A stretch of DNA of 64,000 nt from a bacterium (lineage in GTDB: Archaea > Thermoplasmatota > E2 > JACPAO01 > JAHFTW01): contig JAZJZE010000009.1 in assembly GCA_040390065.1 (NCBI GenBank), forward strand, positions 1-64,000, given 5' to 3'. The position numbers and the translations under genes were made by a program. The stretch's first letter is position 1. Each line of letters starts with the position of its first letter. Below are positions 56,918-64,000 of the stretch, in pieces. The notes beneath the pieces were generated by a model. It worked only from the letters and a program-made list of their open reading frames with translations, ran no database searches and was not told where the DNA came from.

Positions 56918-58051
56918 TCAACGCTTCTTGGAGGCGGGGGCCGGCGCGTCCGGAGCCATCCCAGTCTCGGTCGGCTTGCCTTTGCGGTCCACGATGCGTT
57001 CCGCCTCGGCCTGCTCCTGCTCCATCTCCTTGGAGAGCTGGTCGAGTTCCTTCTTGATGTCGCTGTGGCGGGGGATGTCGCCCAGGACGTCGTCCGCGGA
57101 GCCAATCATCTTCTCGAGGGCCGTGGCATCGCCAATCTTGCCGGCCGGAGCATCCGGCGCGACGCCGAGGAAGTTCGAGATGCCCTGCAGCGCCTTCGTG
57201 ACCTCGAAGGGCAGGACGATCTTGGTCGCGGCGCCCTCGCCGAGTTGCCCGAGGGCATCGAGCGACAGCACCGACAGCGCCTTTGAATCGAGGGCGACGG
57301 CGCCCAGGGCGAGGATGCGCAGGGCCTGCGCCCGGCCTTGGCTGTTGAGGATCTGGGCCGTGCGGTTGCCTTCCGCTTCGAGGATCTGCGATTGGCGGAC
57401 CCCTTCGGCCTGCAGGATGCGGCTGCGCTTCAGGCCCTCGGCTTCCAGGATTGCGGCACGCTTCTGGCCGTCCGCCTTCAGGATGGCGGCGCGGCGTTCG
57501 CGTTCCGCGGACGTCTGCTCCTCCATGGCGCGCTTGACGCGCTCCACCGGGTCGACCTCGCGGATCTCCACGGATTCGACCTTGACGCCCCACGCGTCGG
57601 TGGCCTCGTCGAGGGTGTCCCGCAGCCGCGTGTTGATCTTCTCGCGCGAGTTCAGGACTTCGTCGAGTTCCATGTCGCCGATGACGCTGCGCAGCGTCGT
57701 CTGGGCAAGGGCCACGGTCGCGAAGCGGTAGTCAGCCACCTCGAAGGTCGCCCGCTCGGGGTCGACGATCTTGGTGTAGATGATGGCGTCGACGTTCGTG
57801 GGCGAGTTGTCCTTCGTGATGACCTCTTGGCGCGGCACCTCGAGGACGGCGGTGCGCATGTCCAGGCGGACGACGCGCGAGCCCATCGGGATCACGAGGT
57901 TGACGCCGGTGTTGAGCTTGCCACGGTACTTGCCGAGGAAGATGTAGAGGCCCTGCTCGTAAGGCTGGATGATGCGGATGGACGACGCAAGGAGCAGCAT
58001 GATGAGGATCGCTGCGACAATCCCCAGGACGACGAAGATGGGCTCCACCAT
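56918..58051 (-). CDS. SPFH/Band-7 (stomatin/QmcA-like) protein
   Basis: QEVITKDN, AQTTLRSVIG, WGVKV, AERERRA and repeated ILEAEG units. Confidence 0.93.
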   Translation of the reverse strand: MVEPIFVVLGIVAAILIMLLLASSIRIIQPYEQGLYIFLGKYRGKLNTGVNLVIPMGSRVVRLDMRTAVLEVPRQEVITKDNSPTNVDAIIYTKIVDPERATFEVADYRFATVALAQTTLRSVIGDMELDEVLNSREKINTRLRDTLDEATDAWGVKVESVEIREVDPVERVKRAMEEQTSAERERRAAILKADGQKRAAILEAEGLKRSRILQAEGVRQSQILEAEGNRTAQILNSQGRAQALRILALGAVALDSKALSVLSLDALGQLGEGAATKIVLPFEVTKALQGISNFLGVAPDAPAGKIGDATALEKMIGSADDVLGDIPRHSDIKKELDQLSKEMEQEQAEAERIVDRKGKPTETGMAPDAPAPASKKR

Positions 58052-58158
58052 GGTCCGCGCCGAGACAGGTCCAGGCCTTGAAGTTTGGCCGACCGCCTCG
58101 CCGCCGACCGCCCGGTCCCAACCGCTTTAAGCCCGGCGGCCACCTCGATGGCTTGGCC

Positions 58159-59562
58159 ATGCCGGAGCTTGCGGAACTGCGGCGCATCGTCGAGGCGCAC
58201 TTCCGGGTGTACGAGGCTCGCGAGCAGGTGCACAAGGGCCACGTCGGGGCGCGCTTCTTCTACGTCATGGTGCCGCCGGGGGAGTTCGACCGGCGGTACG
58301 ACGCCGTGCAAGCGGAGATGAAGGCCAAGCACCCGGAGCTTCTCACGTTCGTGCGTCGCGAGGGCGGCGAGGACATCATCTTCGTCGCGGAGCGCCCGCC
58401 CGCGCCGCGCCTGCGCGTCGGCCTGCACCTAGGGCTCCTGCTCGCGACGGTCGTCACGACGGCTCTTGCCGGCGCCATTGCGTGGCATGGATACTCGCAG
58501 CCTCGCGACACCAACCCGGCCGGCTTCTTCACGACGGCCAGCATCGCGTGGGGCGCCCTGACGTTCGCGGTGCCGCTCATGGCCATCCTCGGGGCGCAAG
58601 CCGCCTTCACGTTCCTTGCCGGCCGGCGGCGAGGCATGCACCCGGCCCTGCCGCTCTTCATCCCCGCTCCGCCCATCGTTCTCCCCTTCGGCACGTTCGG
58701 CGCCTTCAGCGTCGTGAAGGAACCCTTCGCCGACCGCAAAGCCATGTTCGATGTCGGCGTCGCGGGGCCTCTTGCGGGCTTCGCTCTAGCCGTCCCCATC
58801 CTCATCCTGGGGATGTTCCTCACGTCGTCCGGCGCCCACGCCGTCCCCGACATCGGCCGGCCCACGGCATGGATCGACCAGCCCTTTGCGACGGACAACC
58901 GCACGACGGGCCAGGCCGCGCTGCACCTGGAGCACCCGGTCGCCGGAATCGCGGTGTGGAACGTGACCGGGCCAGGTGACGCCGGCGGCGATTGGGCGTA
59001 TTCGGCGCAAGCCACGCTTCACCTCGCAAACGGCACGGTCTTGTCGGACGACCTGGCGAGCCACAAGCTCGCCGCCGGAAAATCGGAGCGCCGCACCATC
59101 CTCATCCCGGCCAACGTGACGTCCGCGGACATCACTCTCACGTGGGACGACCATTTCGTGCGTTTCGGCGACCCGCTCCTGGTCATTCTGCTGCAGCCCC
59201 TCTTCCCCCACGACGGCGACTATCTCACCCATCCCCTGTTCCTTGCCGGCTGGGTCGGCCTTCTGATCGGCAGCATCAAGCTCCTGCCCATCGGCCAACT
59301 CGACGGCGGACGCGTCTCCCGCGCCATCCTGGGAGACAACAGCCTGTGGCTTGCCCGCGGCGTCTTTGCCGCCCTCGTCCTGCTGTCCTTCATCGTGTTC
59401 GACACGTGGATCTTCATCGCCTTCTTCGTCTTCGCCCTCGGCCTGCAGCACCCGCCGCCGCTCAACGACCGAAGCAAGGTCGAAGGTCGCCGCCTGGTCG
59501 TCGCCGCCATCGCCGTGGCCATCCTCGTGCTGACGTTCATCCCCGTCCCCATCCAGGTCTAG
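58159..59562 (+). CDS. Site-2 protease (M50) family protein lacking the HExxH motif
   Basis: PLFIP, GTFGA, FDVGVAGPLAG, HPLFLAGWVG, LLPIGQLDGG present; HExxH position reads QAAFT. Confidence 0.85.
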   Translation: MPELAELRRIVEAHFRVYEAREQVHKGHVGARFFYVMVPPGEFDRRYDAVQAEMKAKHPELLTFVRREGGEDIIFVAERPPAPRLRVGLHLGLLLATVVTTALAGAIAWHGYSQPRDTNPAGFFTTASIAWGALTFAVPLMAILGAQAAFTFLAGRRRGMHPALPLFIPAPPIVLPFGTFGAFSVVKEPFADRKAMFDVGVAGPLAGFALAVPILILGMFLTSSGAHAVPDIGRPTAWIDQPFATDNRTTGQAALHLEHPVAGIAVWNVTGPGDAGGDWAYSAQATLHLANGTVLSDDLASHKLAAGKSERRTILIPANVTSADITLTWDDHFVRFGDPLLVILLQPLFPHDGDYLTHPLFLAGWVGLLIGSIKLLPIGQLDGGRVSRAILGDNSLWLARGVFAALVLLSFIVFDTWIFIAFFVFALGLQHPPPLNDRSKVEGRRLVVAAIAVAILVLTFIPVPIQV

Positions 59563-59563
59563 C

Positions 59564-60277
59564 ATGCTCGACCCCCTCCGCCTCGACGCCGTCGTCTTCG
59601 ACCTCGACGACACGCTCGTCAACTGGCGAGAGGCCGAGGCGGGCGCCATCGGGGACCTGGCACGCAGCGAGTTCGCGCCGCGCGGATTCGGCGAAGCCCG
59701 TGTCCGCGCCACGTACGACGAGGTCATGGCCGAGAACATGCGCTCCTGGGCGCAACTGCGCCGCTGGTGGTACATCTCCGAACGCCTGCACCTGTTGTCC
59801 GAGCGCCTAGGGACGGCCGTCGACCTGCCCGGCACGCACCTCGCCGAGACATTCGGCCGCGACGTGACGCGCCGCTTGGCGCTCCTCGACGGAGCGGTCG
59901 AGGCATTGCGGGCCGCGCGGCGCCATGGCCGCAAGACGGCGCTCCTCACGAACGGCCGCGGCGAGACGCAGCGCCCCAAGATCCTACGCTTTGGCCTCGA
60001 CCGCGAGGTCGACTTCGTCGGCATCACGGGCGAACTCGGCTCGTGGAAACCCGACGCCGAGGCCTTCCACAAGGTGCTTCGCGAACTCGGCGTCGAGCCG
60101 CACCGTGCCACCATGGTCGGCGACTCCGTCGACTTCGACCTCGTCCCCGCGAAGGCGTTGGGCATGCAGACGGTCATGGTTGGTGGAGCGCCCAACGAGG
60201 CAGCCGACCACCACGTCGCGACACCGGGCCACCTGGTCGGCCTATTGCCGGCGCCTGCGCCGCCCGTCAAGCGCTGA
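59564..60277 (+). CDS. HAD-superfamily hydrolase
   Basis: FDLDDTL, LTNG, KPD, VGDSVDFD. Confidence 0.92.
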   Translation: MLDPLRLDAVVFDLDDTLVNWREAEAGAIGDLARSEFAPRGFGEARVRATYDEVMAENMRSWAQLRRWWYISERLHLLSERLGTAVDLPGTHLAETFGRDVTRRLALLDGAVEALRAARRHGRKTALLTNGRGETQRPKILRFGLDREVDFVGITGELGSWKPDAEAFHKVLRELGVEPHRATMVGDSVDFDLVPAKALGMQTVMVGGAPNEAADHHVATPGHLVGLLPAPAPPVKR

Positions 60278-60279
60278 CA

Positions 60280-60454
60280 CCGCGGGGCGAGTGTGGGGGG
60301 CCTTGGAGAACAGGAATCTCGTGGAGAAAACAGGAATGGGTTCCTGTTCTCCGGGCGTCTCCGGTTCTCCCACGCCGCCTTTGCCTGGAAAACCAGGAAA
60401 AGCGTCTTCCCTTCTTCGGCGTTTTTCTGGACGTTCACGCCCCCGGCGGCCCCG
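60280..60454 (+). repeat. Dispersed structured element, copy B
   Basis: Starts 3 bp after the HAD stop; homologous to 48710-48906. Confidence 0.75.
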
Positions 60455-60690
60455 CGCGCGGCTTCGCCTCGCGCGCTTGCCACGCCCTCGCACGCCCGCG
60501 CTGCGCGGCGGGCTGCTCGCCCCGACCGGGGGCGCTCCGCTTCGCGTCGTTCGATTCCCTCCTGGATGTCGGCACCGCCGGAGGCCGGGGAATCGGCGGT
60601 TGGCCTGGGTCGGGCAGGTTTCCGCCCTTGCCGGGCATGCGAGATGCCGTGCGCGAAACGCTCAAGGGGATGCCGCCGCTCGGCGCCCCC

Positions 60691-61053
60691 ATGCAGACGT
60701 ACCCCGTCAAGCCCGGCCACGCCGCCAAGGTCGACTTTGCCATGGTCTTCGACGCCTGCTTCGACGCGCACAAGAAGGACGGCGACTGGTACTCGGGCGC
60801 CTTCGGCTCCATGCCACAGATCAAGGCGCGCTACGAGGGCAAGAAGGAGCTCCAGGTCGACACGCTCACCGACAAGTCGTTCGCCATCAAGGTCGCAGGC
60901 GGCGACAAGGCCGCCTTCGCCGTGGCCGCCGACACGCAGCGCCGCTGGAACGAGTTCCTCGAAGCCATCACCGGGTACGATGCCAAGGCGCGCAGCAAGA
61001 AGATCCAGGAATTGGCCAAGAAGGGCGCCAAGGAACTGCCCAAGGGCGCCTGA
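60691..61053 (+). CDS. DUF5611-like archaeal protein
   Basis: MQTYPVKPG...DT.RRWNEFLEAITGYDAKARSKK pattern. Confidence 0.72.
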   Translation: MQTYPVKPGHAAKVDFAMVFDACFDAHKKDGDWYSGAFGSMPQIKARYEGKKELQVDTLTDKSFAIKVAGGDKAAFAVAADTQRRWNEFLEAITGYDAKARSKKIQELAKKGAKELPKGA

Positions 61054-61094
61054 GCGACGATTCCCCTTAAGAGGGAGCCTTCCGTCGGCCGGCT

Positions 61095-61730
61095 GTGGTA
61101 CGCCTTGCGCGCGGCAGCCTACCCTGGCTTGCCGGCCCCCCGGTCGTCGCCTTCCTCTTCGCCGCCATCGGGCGTCGCACCGGAACCGACGTGTGGTACT
61201 GGCTGTCCATTGGCGCCATGCTGGTGTTCCTCTTCTTCCTGGCCTTCTTCCGTGACCCCCAGCGCGTCGTGGCCAACGGTCTTGCCAGCCCGGCCGACGG
61301 CAAGGTGCGCGCCATGGAGACCGTGGTCGACGCCGACGTCGGCGCCGCCGACCTTCTGTCCATCTTCATGTCGCCCAAGGACGTGCACGTCAACCGCATG
61401 CCCCTCGACGGGACCGTCCTCGCCGTCCTTCACTTCCCGGGCAGCCACGTCCCCGCGTTCAAGAAGGAGTCCGAACGCAACGAGCGCGTCGAGGTCCTGC
61501 TGGACACGGCCATCGGGCGCGTCAAGGTCACCTTGATCGCCGGCACGGTCGCCCGCCGCATCGTGCCGTACATCGAGGAAGGGCAACGCCTGGCGAAGGG
61601 CCAACGCATCGCGCTCATCCGATTCGGTTCGCGTTGCGACCTGCTGGTCCCCGAGGGCCGCATCCGCTGGAAGGCCCACGCCGGCGACCAGGTCCAGGCC
61701 GCGGCGACCTCGTTGGGGGACCTGGCGTGA
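61095..61730 (+). CDS. pssD: Archaetidylserine/phosphatidylserine decarboxylase
   Basis: FFRDP, SPADG, IFMSPKDVHVNR, IRFGSR self-cleavage motif. Confidence 0.92.
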   Translation: MVRLARGSLPWLAGPPVVAFLFAAIGRRTGTDVWYWLSIGAMLVFLFFLAFFRDPQRVVANGLASPADGKVRAMETVVDADVGAADLLSIFMSPKDVHVNRMPLDGTVLAVLHFPGSHVPAFKKESERNERVEVLLDTAIGRVKVTLIAGTVARRIVPYIEEGQRLAKGQRIALIRFGSRCDLLVPEGRIRWKAHAGDQVQAAATSLGDLA

Positions 61731-62548
61731 GTGACGAGGGGCGCCCCAGTGGCTCGCTTCGCGGCTACCTGCACGCCGCCTTGCGCGACGAATGGGATGG
61801 CCTCGAACGCATCAACCGCGACCTGCGGCTTGCGGACCTGTTCACGATCCTGAACGCCGTCATGGGGCTGACGGCCCTCATGGTCGCTGCCCACGCGGCC
61901 GGTGCGGACGAGGCGACGCGTTGGCACTCGATCCGCATCGCCATCGAACTCGTCATGGTCGGCGTCATCATGGACGGCGTCGACGGCGCCGTCGCGCGCC
62001 TCGGCAAGGGCAACGGGCCGCTCGGCGCTGTCCTCGACACGCTGGCTGACGCCCTCACGTTCGTGACCACGAGTGCCGTGCTTGCGTTCCTGAGCTTCGA
62101 CCTGTCGCGTTGGAGCCCCTCGCTCGTCGCGGCCATCGTCGTGCCCATCGGCTTCTACGCCGTCTGCGGACTCCTGCGCCTGGCCCGCTTCGAGTCGCTG
62201 CGCGACGACGGCAAGACGCGCCACTACTTCTCCGGCATGCCGACGCCCGCCGCCGCCGTCACCTTGCTGTCCTTGGTGCAACTGCACGTGGCGCCCTGGG
62301 TCATCGTGGTAGCGGCCTTCTATCTCGGCATCCTCATGGTGACCCGCGTGCGCTTCCCCAAACTGCGCGGCTGGCTCGCCGTGGCGACCGTCGCCATCCT
62401 GCTTGCCATCCTGGTGTCGTTCGAGAACGCGACGCTGCAGACGTCGCTGACCTGGGGCCTTCTGGGCTTCATGGCCCTGTACGTCGTGGCCGGACCCTTC
62501 TACGTCCTGGCCCGTGAAGGCGCCCGCTTCGAGGCGGCCGCCCCATGA
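61727..62548 (+). CDS. pssA: Archaetidylserine/phosphatidylserine synthase (CDP-alcohol phosphatidyltransferase)
   Basis: DGVDGAVAR...G..LDTLAD, LRLARF, FSGMPTP; GTGA overlap with pssD. Confidence 0.9.
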   Translation: MSDEGRPSGSLRGYLHAALRDEWDGLERINRDLRLADLFTILNAVMGLTALMVAAHAAGADEATRWHSIRIAIELVMVGVIMDGVDGAVARLGKGNGPLGAVLDTLADALTFVTTSAVLAFLSFDLSRWSPSLVAAIVVPIGFYAVCGLLRLARFESLRDDGKTRHYFSGMPTPAAAVTLLSLVQLHVAPWVIVVAAFYLGILMVTRVRFPKLRGWLAVATVAILLAILVSFENATLQTSLTWGLLGFMALYVVAGPFYVLAREGARFEAAAP

Positions 62549-64000
62549 CCCCGCTGCCCCCAGCGCCCCCCAGCGGCCAGGCCCCGTCGGGCATCCCCCA
62601 GAGGCGCAGGAAATCCTCCATCCGCACGGCCACGGAGTCGGTGCAGGAGCAGTTCCTCGACCGCGTCCGCCAGGTCGCGAAAGACCCGACCCTGGCCTTG
62701 CCGGAACCCTTGGGGGAAGAGGCGGGGCCGCTGCGCCGGCTGCGCCGGAGCTTCGAGGCCGGCAAGCTGCCGTTCTCCGCGCGCTTCGACAAGGGCCTGC
62801 TCGGGGCGCTGCGAGCTGTGCGCGACATCGCCACCCAGGACGAGGCGCCGCGCATGCTGGACGCCCGCGTCGACGGCAACCGGCGCTTCTTCCTGACGCG
62901 CGGCCACGTCAACAAGCTGTGCTGCCTCGGCGTGCAGAACTGGGACGACCCGCTCGCCCTGATGCTGGCGTACGGCCCCATCGCCATCAAGCATCACCTG
63001 CACCTGTTCGCTGGGTCCGACTTGTGGTGCAGTGGGACGAAGCCCGCGCCGCCCGCGCAGTGGTTCCGGGACCTGGCCGAGCGCACGGACTTGGACCTCG
63101 CGGTCGACGGGCAGGGCGCGGCCTGCCCGCACGCCGACCGGCCGCGCGTCAGCCTGGACTTCCGGCAGGGTCCATCGATCCTCGTCTGCGGCGCCTGCGG
63201 CCACGGCGCGCGCAACCTGCACACCCACCTCACGAACCGCTACGTCTGCGACCAGCCAAGCAGGCCTGTCGACGTGCGCGTCGTCCTGGCTGGCGGCGGC
63301 ACGGCACCCGTGGGCGACGGCCTCGTGGCGGCGTACCGCGTCGGCAAGATTGACGAAGCGGAACTGCTCGGATCCGCCCTCAAGGCCTGGCACAAGGAAG
63401 CGCGCAGCGCCGGCCGCTTCGCCGTGGCCGGCCGCGACTTCGGCACGGACCAGGACGCATTCCTCGACGCCCTTGCGCTCAGCCCGTGGGAGCGCGAAGC
63501 CGTGCGCCGCATCACGGCTGGTGGCCACGTCGGCGCCCACAGCGCCGCCGCCGACGTCCTGGCCGACCACCGCGACACCTTGGCTACTGGCGTCGAGGCC
63601 ATCCTGCCCGGCGAGGGCGAGGCCTTCGTGCGCAGCCACGCCGGCACGGAGGCGCGCAGCCTGCTGCGCCTGGCCCACGACGAGGCCGAGCGCCGCTCCA
63701 AGACCCGCGACCTGCCCGCCATCGCGGCCGGCCTTGGCCCGCTGGGCCAATGGATCGACGGGTTTGCCCGCGAGGCGCGGACCCTCGAGCGAGCCCAGCT
63801 TCTTGCCAACGTGCGCAGGCTCATCCCGCAGAGCCGGCACCCGGCCCACTTGTACGCCTTCCTCTGCGCCATCGGCCTCGAAGCCGAAGGCGAGCGCAGC
63901 TTCAACCATGAACAGAAGGAGGCGGGGGCGCATTGGGCGCCGCTTGCGAAATCCGTGATGGCCGCAACCGGCGACGCGTACCGGGACGCCGTGCTTTCGT
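62545..64000 (+). CDS. Large hypothetical protein with putative Zn site, truncated by window end
   Basis: Frame from the ATGA overlap with pssA appears open to the window end (absent from the ORF track because it has no stop): MTPLPP...LGVQNWDDP...CPH...CGAC. Confidence 0.75.
   Translation, partial: MTPLPPAPPSGQAPSGIPQRRRKSSIRTATESVQEQFLDRVRQVAKDPTLALPEPLGEEAGPLRRLRRSFEAGKLPFSARFDKGLLGALRAVRDIATQDEAPRMLDARVDGNRRFFLTRGHVNKLCCLGVQNWDDPLALMLAYGPIAIKHHLHLFAGSDLWCSGTKPAPPAQWFRDLAERTDLDLAVDGQGAACPHADRPRVSLDFRQGPSILVCGACGHGARNLHTHLTNRYVCDQPSRPVDVRVVLAGGGTAPVGDGLVAAYRVGKIDEAELLGSALKAWHKEARSAGRFAVAGRDFGTDQDAFLDALALSPWEREAVRRITAGGHVGAHSAAADVLADHRDTLATGVEAILPGEGEAFVRSHAGTEARSLLRLAHDEAERRSKTRDLPAIAAGLGPLGQWIDGFAREARTLERAQLLANVRRLIPQSRHPAHLYAFLCAIGLEAEGERSFNHEQKEAGAHWAPLAKSVMAATGDAYRDAVLS

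Noticed and set aside
60525-60565. GTTCGATTCC resembling a tRNA T-loop
   Set aside because: No T-stem, D-arm, anticodon arm or acceptor stem can be built; it is only a GC-rich hairpin region.

Overview
High-GC archaeal chromosome segment, most likely an uncultured Thermoplasmatota lineage (ABCE1, rps15-DHH-pcc1, Kae1-Bud32 fusion, LonB-type ATPase, archaeosortase, PssD/PssA). It carries a bacterial-type acetylated arginine pathway (argC-J-B-D and argG-H-F) around a divergent ACT-domain gene, a 2-oxoacid dehydrogenase operon, lipA and lipB, and many secreted or anchored surface proteins. The strongest leads are: (1) a 29-bp box with an 18-bp palindrome found upstream of both arg operons and just before the ACT gene, a candidate non-ArgR arginine regulon; (2) a LonB homologue with an intact ATPase but both catalytic protease residues lost, coupled into a surface-protein operon; (3) a serine recombinase flanked by identical 17-bp AT-rich direct repeats; (4) three tiny coupled membrane ORFs inside the dehydrogenase operon; (5) a site-2 protease lacking HExxH; (6) a PAS-MenA fusion; (7) three dispersed repeat families; and (8) a duplicated 3' end of rps15. 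All calls come from reading the sequence and recognising motifs; no database search or folding program was run.
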